Shown: positions 10,097 through 20,154, numbered from the stretch's first letter. The stretch: 64,000 nucleotides of DNA from Pirellulales bacterium (GCA_963733035.1 CAVTBU010000006.1:128001-192000); one strand, 5' to 3'. Numbers and translations are program-made. The notes: generated by a model not told the origin, from the letters alone.

Positions 10097-11265
10097 TTAG
10101 TAGCTGCGCGGCAGGCCGAGCACGCGTTGGGCGATGATATTGCGCTGGATCTCGCTGGTGCCGGCTTCGATCGTGTTGCCGCGTGAGCGGAGATAGTTGT
10201 AGACCCAGCGGCCGTCGTCGTAATCCGTCAGTTGTGCGTAGGGACCGAGCACTTCCATGGCGATCTGAGCCATCCGCTGATTGAGTTCGCTCCAGTACAG
10301 CTTCTGAATCGAACCCTCGGGACCCGGCGCGCGGTCTTATTGAGCATGCTCAGCGAGCGGGTTGTGTTGAGCCGGAAAACTTCCAAGTCGACGAATGCCT
10401 GTGCGAGCCGTTGCCGGATGACCGGATCTTCAATTACTGGCCGGCCGCCGCGCTTGATTTTGCGCGCCTGGGCAACGACGGCGTCGAGGTTTCGCTTGAA
10501 CACGACATACAATCCGGTGCCGAGGTTGGCGCGCTCGTTAGCCAGGGCGGTGATGGCGACGTTCCAGCCTTCGTTGACCTTGCCGATCAGCGCGCTAGCG
10601 GGCACGCGAACGTCGGAGAAGAACATTTCGTTGAAGCCGGAGTCCCCCGACATCATTTTGAGCGGCCGCACGGAGATTCCCGGTGTCTTCATGTCGACCA
10701 GCAGCGCCGTGATGCCCTTATGCTTGGGAGCCGTCGGGTCGGTGCGAACGATCAACAAGCACTGCTGGGCGATGTGGGCGTAGCTCGTCCAGATCTTCTG
10801 GCCGTTGACGACGAAGTGATCACCGTCGAGAACGGCCTTGGTTTCGAGCCCCGCCACGTCGCTGCCGGCGTTGGGTTCGGAAAAGCCCTGGCACCAGATT
10901 TCCTCGCCCGAGAGGATTTTGGGCAAATAGCGTTTCTTTTGCTCTTCGGTGCCGACGGCGATGATCGTGGGACCGACCAGGCCTTGGCCAATGGTGCCCA
11001 TGCGTTCGGGAGCATCGTGCAGCGCCATCTCTTCCTGGAAGACAGCCTGTTCGATGAATGAGGCACCGCGGCCGCCATATTCCTTGGGCCAGGAAACGCC
11101 GGCCCAACCGCCGTCGTACAGCTTCTGCTGCCAGTCGGCCAGATATTGGTAGTAGGCCGTGGTGTTGTCGGCCGTTTTGACCATCTTGGGCGGCATGTTG
11201 GCTTTGAGCCAGGCCCGCAATTCGTCGCGAAACCTGGTTTCGCTTTCGGTGAGTCCCAGATCCAT
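10097..11265 (-). CDS. Acyl-CoA dehydrogenase, apparent frameshift near 10332
   Basis: WCQGFSEPNAGSD and NGQKIWTS; C-terminus (GPEGSIQKLYWSE...NTIEAGTSEIQRNIIAQRVLGLPRSY-stop) continues in the adjacent frame. Confidence 0.9.
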
Positions 11266-11307
11266 GACGTGCCTTTCTTAGTGGATGTACCGTTGGAAAT
11301 GCAGGGT

Positions 11308-13326
11308 TTATGAGTTCGCTGCGTCCGTGGCGGACGACGTGGGTTCAATTGCTTGCCAAAGCAGTTCGGCAACGTCCATGACCTTGACGTCGCGATCTCC
11401 CTTCTTGGCGTTGATGCCGTCTTCGAGCATCGTCATGCAAAACGGGCAGCCCACGGCCACGACGTCGGCGTCGGTTTCCAGGGCCTGGCGGGCGCGTTCT
11501 TGATTGACGCGCTGGTTGGGCGGCTCGTCGATGAAACTCATGCCGCCCCCTCCGCCGCAGCAGAATCCGTTCGAGCGGTTCTGTTCCATTTCGATGGGCG
11601 CGTCGCCGGTGGCGATTTGCACGACTTGCCGCGGGGCGTCGTACACGCCGTTGTGGCGGCCCAGGTAGCAGGGGTCGTGGAACGTGACTTTTTGATGGCT
11701 GGGCATCTGCCCACTGAGCTTGCCTTCCTCGACGAGTTTGGCGAGGTACTCGCTGTGGTGATAGACCTCGTAGTTGCCGCCCCACTGCGGATACTCGTTG
11801 CCCAGCGTATTGAAGCAGTGAGGGCAGCTGGTAACGATCTTTTTGACGTTGTGCCGATCGAGCGTGGCGATGTTTTCCTGCGCGAGCGTTTCGAACAGGA
11901 ACTCATTGCCGATGCGCCGGGCCGGGTCGCCGGTGCACTTTTCCTCGCGGCCCAGGATGGCGAACTTCACGCCGGCCTGCTGGAGCAGCTGGGCCAGGGC
12001 GCGGACGATCTTCTGATTGCGCTCGACCAGCGCGCCGCCGCAGCCGACCCACAACAGCACTTCGGCATCCTTGGCTTCTTCGACTGTGGAGATGTTGAGC
12101 CCGGCGGCCCAATCGACGCGACTGAACGCCGTGCCGCGCATCGGGTGACCGCGCGATTCAAGCGAACTGATGGCCTGCTGCATCGTCTCGGGGAACTCGG
12201 CGTCTTCCATTACCAGATAGCGGCGCGTATCGACGATCTTGGGCATCTGCTCGATCGACACGGGGCAGGCCTGCACACAGGCGGCACAGGTGGTGCATTC
12301 CCACATCGCCTCGGCACTCAAGGCCGGCGTGGCGCCGATATAGGATTGCGAGAAGTCGGCTTCGGGAGCGCGCATCTGGTGCTGCAAGTCGAGGATGATG
12401 TCGCGCGGCGAAAGGATCTTGCCGACGCGATTGGCGGGACAGACTGCCGTGCAGCGTCCACACTCGGTGCAGGCGTCGAAGTCGAGCAGGTCTTTCCAGG
12501 TGTAGCCGGCCAAGGTATTGATGCCGAGCTTTTCGTCGTGCTCGAAGTCGAGCTTCCGCAGTGAAGCGCCGATCGGAGCCAATCGGGCCGTGTAGATGTT
12601 GAGCGACGAGTTGAGCACGTGGGCCATCTTGCTGAAGGGGGCCCAGGCAATGAAGGCAAACACCAGCCCCATGTGCGTCCACCAGCAGGTGCGATGCGAA
12701 ACGAGCAAGGCTTCGTTGCTCATGAACGGCTTGGACGCTTTGGCCACCAGATTGCCGAAAGGCGACCAACTGGCCCAGGGGTCGTTGGTGGCCGCGATCC
12801 GCCAGCCTTCGACCAGGAAGCCCGTGATCAGCATCGCGAAAATGGCCAGCAGAATAAGGGTCGATTCGGTGGTGTAGACCAATTGTTTCGGCCGCAGAAT
12901 CCAGCGGCGCAAGCCGGCCATCGTCACACCAATGATGGCCAGAGCGCCGAAAGAGTCCACGAACAGCGATTGGAAATAGAGGTAGAATCGGCCCTTCATG
13001 ATCGGGATGCCAAAGTCGTAGTCGATCATCACCACCACCGTGGCGATGAACAGCACGACAAAGCCCCAGAAGATCAGGGCGTGGAACGTGCCGGGGTAGG
13101 CCTGCCGCCAGGTGCGGAGTTGCAGGCCGGCGTATTGTACGAGCAGCTTGATGCGCTCAGCCGGTCGGTCAAAGCGATTTTCCGGCGAGCCTTTTCGCCA
13201 GAGGCGGATGCGGCGATAGAAACCGTAGCCGCAGACGGCCACGGTCGGCACCAACAGCGCGTACATGATCCACACATGGTGGATGTTCCACAGAATTTCG
13301 CGGGTCGCGTTCTGAGGATCGTTCAT
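11308..13326 (-). CDS. fadF: Membrane Fe-S oxidoreductase, FadF/HdrD-like (NarI-like TM region, two 4Fe-4S motifs, two CCG domains)
   Basis: CTECGRCTAVCP, CTTCAACVQACP, SCPHC, HDPCYLGR and CCGGGGG motifs. Confidence 0.88.
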   Translation of the reverse strand: MNDPQNATREILWNIHHVWIMYALLVPTVAVCGYGFYRRIRLWRKGSPENRFDRPAERIKLLVQYAGLQLRTWRQAYPGTFHALIFWGFVVLFIATVVVMIDYDFGIPIMKGRFYLYFQSLFVDSFGALAIIGVTMAGLRRWILRPKQLVYTTESTLILLAIFAMLITGFLVEGWRIAATNDPWASWSPFGNLVAKASKPFMSNEALLVSHRTCWWTHMGLVFAFIAWAPFSKMAHVLNSSLNIYTARLAPIGASLRKLDFEHDEKLGINTLAGYTWKDLLDFDACTECGRCTAVCPANRVGKILSPRDIILDLQHQMRAPEADFSQSYIGATPALSAEAMWECTTCAACVQACPVSIEQMPKIVDTRRYLVMEDAEFPETMQQAISSLESRGHPMRGTAFSRVDWAAGLNISTVEEAKDAEVLLWVGCGGALVERNQKIVRALAQLLQQAGVKFAILGREEKCTGDPARRIGNEFLFETLAQENIATLDRHNVKKIVTSCPHCFNTLGNEYPQWGGNYEVYHHSEYLAKLVEEGKLSGQMPSHQKVTFHDPCYLGRHNGVYDAPRQVVQIATGDAPIEMEQNRSNGFCCGGGGGMSFIDEPPNQRVNQERARQALETDADVVAVGCPFCMTMLEDGINAKKGDRDVKVMDVAELLWQAIEPTSSATDAANS

Positions 13327-14288
13327 TTCGCGCTACGCAGCCGCTCGATCAGCGGACCGACGACCTTCTGATAGTCTTCCACTAGTCCGAAGCTGCAGTG
13401 CTTGAAGATGGGAGCGTCGGCGTCGCGGTTGATCGCGCAAATGACTTTTGAGTCGGCGATGCCCATGATGTGTTGGCTGGCGCCGGAAATGGCGATGGCC
13501 AGATAGAGTTGGGGCGCGACTTTTTTGCCGGTTTGACCAACTTGCCAGGAGGGTGGCACCCAACCGGCATCGCAAGCGGCGCGCGAGGCGGCCATTTGGG
13601 CGTTCATCGTGTCGGCCAGCTTTTGCAATTCTGCAAACGGTTCCGGGCCCCCCAAACCGCGCCCGCCCGAGACGATTACCTGGGCGTCCTCCAGCCGCGT
13701 TCCGCCCTTGGCTTCTTCGTGCCGCTCGACGACTTTGACTTGCGGCTCGGTGAGTTCGAGCGAGGCATGTTCCACATCGCCAACGCCGCGGCCGGACGCC
13801 TCCGCCGGCTCGATGGCCCGGGCGCGCACCCAGACGACGGCGGGCATATGCTCCAACTCGATGACGGCGGTGGCCTTGCCACCATAGACGCCGCGCGTCA
13901 CGCGGACCTTGCCCCCTTCCGCGTGAACCGCGACGGCGTCCCCCGCGGCACTTCCGCCCAAGCGATGGGCGAGCCGCGCCGCAATTTCCTGACCATAGGT
14001 GTCGTTGCCCAACAGCACGACCTGAGGAGCGAGTTGTTTACAAATCGAAGCGAGCGCCGTCAGATAGGTTTCTGGGTTGTAGTCGGCCAACAGCGCGTGA
14101 TCCGCCACGACGACCGCATCGGTTACGGCGCGAGCACCCGCGATGAGCGCTTCGTCGGCCGCGCCGACAAGGACGGCCCGCAGCTTGCCGCCTAGCGATT
14201 CGGCCAGGCGATGGCCGGCCCCGAGAATTCCCTGCGCCGCGCGATCCAGTCCGGCGCGGCCCCACAGACAACAAACAACATCTTGCAC
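13323..14288 (-). CDS. etfA: Electron transfer flavoprotein alpha subunit
   Basis: [26 protein letters not shown] and [10 protein letters not shown] motifs; GTG start inferred. Confidence 0.93.
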   Translation of the reverse strand: MQDVVCCLWGRAGLDRAAQGILGAGHRLAESLGGKLRAVLVGAADEALIAGARAVTDAVVVADHALLADYNPETYLTALASICKQLAPQVVLLGNDTYGQEIAARLAHRLGGSAAGDAVAVHAEGGKVRVTRGVYGGKATAVIELEHMPAVVWVRARAIEPAEASGRGVGDVEHASLELTEPQVKVVERHEEAKGGTRLEDAQVIVSGGRGLGGPEPFAELQKLADTMNAQMAASRAACDAGWVPPSWQVGQTGKKVAPQLYLAIAISGASQHIMGIADSKVICAINRDADAPIFKHCSFGLVEDYQKVVGPLIERLRSAK

Positions 14289-14319
14289 GAGACGGCCTCT
14301 TTCGGCAGCAACGGTGAAC

Positions 14320-15120
14320 TTACATGGAACGGAGAACGTCGGAGATTTGGCGGGCGAACGCGTCGATCTTGGCTTCCAGCGTGTCGCCTTCGATGAACTC
14401 GCACTGCGTTTCCTTGTGAGGAATGAAGAGCTCAACCACCTGCGAGTACTCGTGCGTCTTGCTCGGATCGGCGCCCAGGTCGGCCAGGTTCCATTTCTCC
14501 AGCGGTTTGCGATACGACTGCATGACGTCGCGGGTTTTGGGAATGCGCGGAACGTTCTTGTCGTGGTTGGTGACCGTAATCACCAGCGGAGTGGGGGCTT
14601 CGATCACCTCAAAACCGCTGTCGGTTTGACGCTTGACCTTGACGGTGCCGGAAGCCGAGCCCGGCTCGAAGCCTTCGGCAAATGAGATGCAGGGAATGCC
14701 TAGTTCCTCGGCCAATAGTCCCCCAGTTTGTCCCGCTCCCCAGTCGCCGGCTTCGCGACCGACCATCACAACGTCGTACTCGCCCAACTTGCGAACCGCC
14801 GCGGCCAGCGCCTGGGCCACGAAGAGCGGATCTGGATTACTATCCGCCTCGTTAACCACCAGCACCGCTTTGTCGGCTCGCAGGGCGAGTGCCTTGCGGA
14901 GCACGTCCTCGGCACCCTCGGGCCCGACGGTCACCGCGGTGATTTCGCCGCCCTGGGTGTCGCGGATTTGCAGGGCCGTTTCCAGCGCGTTCTCGCAAAA
15001 GATGTTCGTCACCAGGTTGGCACCGCCACGCTCGGCTTCGCGCTTGGCCGAGTCGACGCGGAAATCGCGGGCTGGAATCTCGGGATCGAGAATCTGTTTC
15101 AAACAAACGACAATCTTCAT
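14320..15120 (-). CDS. etfB: Electron transfer flavoprotein beta subunit
   Basis: MKIVVCLKQI start, GREAGDWGAGQTG motif; adjacent to etfA. Confidence 0.92.
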   Translation of the reverse strand: MKIVVCLKQILDPEIPARDFRVDSAKREAERGGANLVTNIFCENALETALQIRDTQGGEITAVTVGPEGAEDVLRKALALRADKAVLVVNEADSNPDPLFVAQALAAAVRKLGEYDVVMVGREAGDWGAGQTGGLLAEELGIPCISFAEGFEPGSASGTVKVKRQTDSGFEVIEAPTPLVITVTNHDKNVPRIPKTRDVMQSYRKPLEKWNLADLGADPSKTHEYSQVVELFIPHKETQCEFIEGDTLEAKIDAFARQISDVLRSM

Positions 15121-15133
15121 GCTGCTGTGAGTC

Positions 15134-15745
15134 CTAGCACTCGTGGCGGAGTAAGCCGCACGTGGCGATGCTGATGATTTCCTGGACGATCTGTTCGTGG
15201 TTCAACGTACCCTCGGGCCGATACCAGCGCGGCAGCCAGAGCAGCGTGCCGAACAGGCTGAAGGTGGCCACGGTGCTGTTCACATCGCGCAACTTGCCCG
15301 CCGCCCGCAAGGCCTCGAGCGTATCGCGGACAAAGTCCATGTAGACGCGTTTGCGATCGAGAATCTGTTTGCGATGTTTGGGTTTGAGACCTTCGATCTC
15401 ATCGGTGAGGATCGTGATCGATTTGTTCTTATCCCCTTCGGTGAGCAAGCGGGCATGCCGTGCGATGATGCTCTTGAGCCGCTCCTCGGGATCCTCGCAG
15501 GCGCGTGAGGGCTCGATGACCATCGTTTCGAGCTTCTCCATCGCGTAGTTCATGATCGCGTAAAGCAGATCCTCCTTGCTTTCGATGTAGTAGTAGAGCC
15601 CGGCCTTGGTCAGGTCGACGGCCGCGGCGATGTTGCTCATCGACGTGGCGTCGAACCCCTGCGCGTGGAAGATTTCGGCGGCCTTGGTGTAGATGTCGAT
15701 CGTACGATCGCATTCCGGGGCGATGGCGGGTTTTTTGGCACACAT
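15134..15745 (-). CDS. TetR/AcrR family transcriptional regulator (KstR2/PaaR-like C-terminus)
   Basis: HTH GFDATSMSNIAAAVDLTKAGLYYYIESKEDLL; WYRPEG motif. Confidence 0.92.
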   Translation of the reverse strand: MCAKKPAIAPECDRTIDIYTKAAEIFHAQGFDATSMSNIAAAVDLTKAGLYYYIESKEDLLYAIMNYAMEKLETMVIEPSRACEDPEERLKSIIARHARLLTEGDKNKSITILTDEIEGLKPKHRKQILDRKRVYMDFVRDTLEALRAAGKLRDVNSTVATFSLFGTLLWLPRWYRPEGTLNHEQIVQEIISIATCGLLRHEC

Positions 15746-15820
15746 ACAGGCGGCTTCTCGCTTGGGGGGAGTATCGCGGCAACGCGAGGAGATCTCGCCC
15801 GCCGGGACAGTGAGGGAATT

Positions 15821-15840
15821 CTACCGACCGTCCGGTTAGT
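15821..15840. promoter_or_regulatory. Putative TetR operator palindrome
   Basis: CTACCGACCGTCCGGTTAGT (ACCGnnCGnnCGGT) about 80 nt upstream of the TetR gene, just downstream of a minus-strand TTGACG at 15861-15866. Confidence 0.7.
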
Positions 15841-16332
15841 AAATCTCAAAAAATAGCGCCCGTCAAGGTCTGGGAGTAGCCGAGGCCCGTTGCCGAGCGA
15901 TTTGTTTCAGCCCGGGACGAGAAGGAATGCGTGTTTCGCGCCTTGCTAACGCGGGCTGGCTGCCGACCGATGCTGCCCAGGCAGCGGGACGAGGCGTCGG
16001 TAAGCCTGATTAGAGCCGCGCATGAGAAAGCCCGACTGCAGCGGAAACGACTCTGGCGACACTTAGAGCCCGCTGCACATCGGGCTTGGGATCGCGTCGA
16101 CTTTTTGGGGAGGACGCGTTCGCGCCAGAGACAATTCGCAATGCCTATGCCAGTCGTTTGATCACGACGAAGTGCGCAGAACGTAAGTTATTTAACAATA
16201 GCTATTTATGGCGTTACGGTGGCAGTCGCTTCATTTGCCACGCGGTGAGTTCCGTCGCAAAACTGCCATCGCTCTGACGACACCGCGCCGTCAAGGCGGT
16301 TGCGCATGGCATGAGATGCGGAGGCCTGAAGA

Positions 16333-16605
16333 TCAGGCGCTGCCGTCGGTGGGCCGCGGCGCGTTGCGAAGTTGCTCGAGTGAACGGCCCAGCCGCTTTT
16401 TCGGCTGTTTGCGCGCGGGAAGCTCACTGCTGAGCGAGATGGCCTTGGGGGCCGCGTCGTGGAGCACGGCCGCCAGTTGTGGGTGCAATTCCTCGCCCTC
16501 GGTGACTCCGCCGATTTGCTCCACGGCATCGGAAAAGCCCAACAGTACGCTGCGACGAACGCTATCGCGAATCCAGCCGAATACTCCCAAATTGCCGTTG
16601 CTCAT
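16333..16605 (-). CDS. Small hypothetical protein (planctomycete-type)
   Basis: MSNGNLGVFGWIRDSVRRSVLLGFSDAVEQIG...KRLGRSL; protein-like composition. Confidence 0.7.
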   Translation of the reverse strand: MSNGNLGVFGWIRDSVRRSVLLGFSDAVEQIGGVTEGEELHPQLAAVLHDAAPKAISLSSELPARKQPKKRLGRSLEQLRNAPRPTDGSA

Positions 16606-16742
16606 GTCGTCACCCGTCGAGTTCCGAAGTTTAGATTTCCAGCCGCGCCGCTGTCTTGCGGCGCGGGCCGCAGATAGTAATCGGCGTCGACCCGTCGGAA
16701 AAGACCAATCACCAACAACCAGCAAACAGCTCGGCGCACTAG

Positions 16743-16781
16743 AAAAAAACCAGCCGCGTCCCGAAGGGGCGACGCGGCTGG
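16743..16781 (-). terminator. Rho-independent terminator of the PEP-CTERM operon
   Basis: 11-bp stem CCAGCCGCGTC/GACGCGGCTGG followed by 7 T on the minus strand. Confidence 0.85.
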
Positions 16782-16819
16782 CAGCGTTGCTATCAATCGC
16801 TACGGGTTGCCAGGTTCGG

Positions 16820-17557
16820 TCAGGCGCGCGCCCGACGACCGTGCTTTCGCCAACCGAGCGTCCCTAGGCCAATCAAGCCCAGGAACATCAGGACGACCGC
16901 GCTTGGCTCCGGAACGCCGATCGCGGCAAACGCGGCGACGCCGTCGTTGAAGTCGGCACCGGAGATGCCGTTGGTGCCGATGGCGTAAAACACGTTCGAC
17001 GTACCGTACGTGGTCGAGCCAGTCGAACGGACCTCAAATCCAACGGCGTACAATCCAGCGAGCGCGCCCACGGGCAGGTTGACTGTCACGGCGTTGTGAA
17101 AGCCAAGGTTGCCGTTGTAACCACCACCCGCGGCCAGATCGCCACCGGTGACCAGCGTCGAGTCTTTGTCGACGTCGAATGCCACGCCACTGCGAACGAT
17201 GGTCGCAGTGACGGAGGCATCGGTGAAGCCGTCCACGGGATTCCAATACAGCAGAGGACCGATGATGTCGAAGCCCCAGGTCGAACCGATGTCGATGCCG
17301 TTTGGCGGATCGGTGGTGGCAAACGCGGCGGTGAACTGCAGCGAGTTGGTCGTCACGGAATTGATCGCGTAAGAACCGGGCTCGAAGACCGAGTCGTCTT
17401 GTCCGACCGGATCCAGGACCGGTCCGTAATAGACGCCTGCGGTGGAGGTGAAGTTGCCGGCGCCGTTGACGTAGAACGACTGGTGCAATCCGTGGGCAAA
17501 GGCGGACGTCGGTGCCGCGAGGGCAGCGCAGACCGCTAGCGCAGAACCAATATTCAT
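16820..17557 (-). CDS. PEP-CTERM sorting domain surface protein
   Basis: Signal peptide (AFA/HGLH); C-terminal VPEPSA, TM helix and RKHGRR. Confidence 0.9.
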   Translation of the reverse strand: MNIGSALAVCAALAAPTSAFAHGLHQSFYVNGAGNFTSTAGVYYGPVLDPVGQDDSVFEPGSYAINSVTTNSLQFTAAFATTDPPNGIDIGSTWGFDIIGPLLYWNPVDGFTDASVTATIVRSGVAFDVDKDSTLVTGGDLAAGGGYNGNLGFHNAVTVNLPVGALAGLYAVGFEVRSTGSTTYGTSNVFYAIGTNGISGADFNDGVAAFAAIGVPEPSAVVLMFLGLIGLGTLGWRKHGRRARA

Positions 17558-17621
17558 GGGAGACGCTCTCTGTTATTCAAAGTTTGTTGATGTTTTCAAA
17601 AACGTTGCGAAGCTGGAGGGC

Positions 17622-18344
17622 TTAGGACTTGCGCAGCCGCAAGCTCCGCAGGCCGTGAACCGCCAGGCCAATGCCGGCCAACAGCGCCAAGATGACACTC
17701 GATGGTTCCGGCACCGTGATGGCGGCCGCATACAACTGGCCGGCGATGATGGGCAGGTTGCCCACAGGCAGGCCGTTGTTGAAAACCGCGACAAACGGAT
17801 CGGACGGCGTGAATGGGTGGCCGGAGCTGTCGATACCCGTCAATTCCATCGCAACGGCATAGGTTCCGATGGGAACACCCGACGGCACGTCCCATTCGTA
17901 ATACAGTTGATGCTCATAGGTCCCGAGATTCGTTCCGTCGAATTCGCCGATGAGGAAGCCCGGTTGAAAGCCGGAACCACCCGTCACCGTGACTGAACCG
18001 GGGACCGAAATATCCTGCGGTGAGATGTTCATATCGACCGGCGAGGGAATTGGGGAGCCGCTGCCTACGGTGTACCAAAGTGGTCCCAGCACATCGAAGG
18101 TAATGCTTGCGCCGCCGCCAATGCCACTTTGCACATCGAAACCCGGATGGTCGGTGCTCTTGTAAGTGGCAGTACCCAGCAAGGCTTGCACCGTGTAAAT
18201 CGGCAGGCCGCCGGCAGCCGGATCTTCCGAGGTGAGGACCAGCTTTCCGTTGTCGTTACTGATCAAAAAGCCGTGGCCGTGGGCCACGTTGGCCGAGGCA
18301 GCGGTTACCGCGACGAGTGCGGCGAGGGTGAATTTATTCATCAA
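17622..18344 (-). CDS. PEP-CTERM sorting domain surface protein
   Basis: Signal peptide (AHG/HGF); C-terminal VPEPSS, TM helix and basic tail; AGGAG RBS. Confidence 0.9.
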   Translation of the reverse strand: MMNKFTLAALVAVTAASANVAHGHGFLISNDNGKLVLTSEDPAAGGLPIYTVQALLGTATYKSTDHPGFDVQSGIGGGASITFDVLGPLWYTVGSGSPIPSPVDMNISPQDISVPGSVTVTGGSGFQPGFLIGEFDGTNLGTYEHQLYYEWDVPSGVPIGTYAVAMELTGIDSSGHPFTPSDPFVAVFNNGLPVGNLPIIAGQLYAAAITVPEPSSVILALLAGIGLAVHGLRSLRLRKS

Positions 18345-18373
18345 AACTGTCTCCTAAATAATCGAGGATATTT

Positions 18374-19128
18374 TCATTCGTAGTTAATCATGGAGGCATC
18401 GGTTATGGGCATTGCAAAGTTGTGACCGGTCGTAAAGTTGGATTGCCTCCACGACTCGATGTCTTGCTCAACCCAGCGTTGGATGGTCTCCTTAGAGATC
18501 GTTTCCACGTGGCCGTCTCCGTAGAGGTAGTTGGCCGCTTCAGAGTGACGATCGATGTTGATCTCGGCCAGGATATTGACCCACACCACATCGTGCAGGA
18601 TGCGCGGCGCAAATACCACAGCGACGTGTGGACGTGCTCGGTCGAAATGTTCATGGGACGCTGATCGGATCCCTCGAAAATCATCAACAGCCGGTGCGTA
18701 TCCTGCGTGCGGTTGATGTTCGTCACACTGTCATCGACTTTCGGATTCGATACGTACTCGTTGATGACGTACGACGTTCCGGGTGGATCGGTCAACAGCC
18801 GGTCGTGACCGGTCAGGTCGTCCTGGCAGATCCGAATCGCGTCGACGCTCTCCAGAAAGGGAGCCAGCGTCGCTACCCAAGACTCGTTCTTGAGTACCGT
18901 GCCGTCCGCAGCGAAAACGTCCTGATGATACGTGAACGGAAACTGGCCGGCGTGCACGTCGACGAAGGTTTGGATTGCGATCCCGATCTGCTTCAGATTG
19001 CTGATGCAATGCGTGCGGCGCGCGGCAGCGCGCGACGCCTGAATGGCGGGCAACAACAGCCCGACGAGCACACCGATGATGGCGATCACCACCAGCAGCT
19101 CCACCAACGTGAAACCTCGACGATTCAT
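18374..19128 (-). CDS. DUF1559 prepilin-type N-terminal cleavage protein with H-X9-DG C-terminal motif, apparent frameshift near 18612
   Basis: [31 protein letters not shown]...[23 protein letters not shown] lies in the adjacent frame. Confidence 0.9.
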
Positions 19129-19303
19129 CGTGAGGACTCCCAATCCGTAAAGAAGGCCGGCAAGTCCGCCCTCCGACGAGGCAAGCGATGTGACGATCGG
19201 ACAGGACCCGAAAAATCAACATCGATTGACGCGCAGGTTCGCCGAAGCAAATCGTCCCGGCGACGCGGAATGCCATTGCGAAATGGCCACGCGAAAGATG
19301 CCG

Positions 19304-19948
19304 CTAGGCGCGCGGCGGCGGAACGGCAGGCAGATCGGAAAGGGAGAGGTGTGTATCGTCGGCGACGTCGACACGACCCGCCAGCGTCCACTCAAACTCC
19401 CACAGCGTGGGGATTTCAACGGGCAGATTCGCGCCGCTGCTCAGCCATAGCGTCGTCAAGCCTTGGCACTTCTGGGCTTGAATGCCGCTGACCCAGACGA
19501 TGCGAGCCTTGTTTGACGAGGTGGCCTGTTGATGTTCGTGTTGGTGGTCGGCCTTGTGAGCGCACGATCCGCCGTGGCCGCAGGCTTTGCAGTTTTTGGC
19601 CAGCTGTGATTTGTTCTTGCAGCAACTCTTTGCTGCCCGCGCGTCACGCCGCGCTTCGGCCTGGAGCGCCGCGATGGTGGAGGCGGTCAGGCGGATGCCG
19701 TGCTGGCGTACCCAGGCGAGCCGTTCGGCCGCCGAGTAACAACAGCAGCTGTCCCAGCATTGGGCCGCCGAATTGCAACCGCAGGCATGCCCTTGGCAGG
19801 GGTAGGGGGTCGAGGCGTCCTGAGCGACCGTGGGCATCGGGAGCGGATATCCCGTCATGCTCGCCACGTACGCCAGCAGCGCCAGGCCGGTGACCATCCG
19901 GCGGCAGCTTAGCGGCGAAAGCGAGAAAACTCGGCGGGAAAACATCAA
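19304..19948 (-). CDS. Cys/His-rich exported or membrane-anchored protein ending PAVPPPRA (DUF2946-like)
   Basis: N-terminal hydrophobic segment; PCQGHACGCNSAAQCWDSCCC, CC, CKAC, HQHEH and KCQG motifs; Pro-rich C-terminus. Confidence 0.78.
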   Translation of the reverse strand: MMFSRRVFSLSPLSCRRMVTGLALLAYVASMTGYPLPMPTVAQDASTPYPCQGHACGCNSAAQCWDSCCCYSAAERLAWVRQHGIRLTASTIAALQAEARRDARAAKSCCKNKSQLAKNCKACGHGGSCAHKADHQHEHQQATSSNKARIVWVSGIQAQKCQGLTTLWLSSGANLPVEIPTLWEFEWTLAGRVDVADDTHLSLSDLPAVPPPRA

Positions 19949-20154
19949 TGATCAGTCTGGGAAGTTTGGCCACGCATTCGACATGGGGGGTGTCGAACTG
20001 ACACGTGTAGCCATGGGAGAGAAAGAAGATCCTTCGACAAAGCCTCAAGCGTCCGTGCGGAGCGAAGCTTTTACAGAATCACGAGCAGTACTCGGTAGCG
20101 AAGGTTTCTTGTCGAAAGCAGACAGTCCGGCTCCAGGGGAGCCAGATTTCAAGC

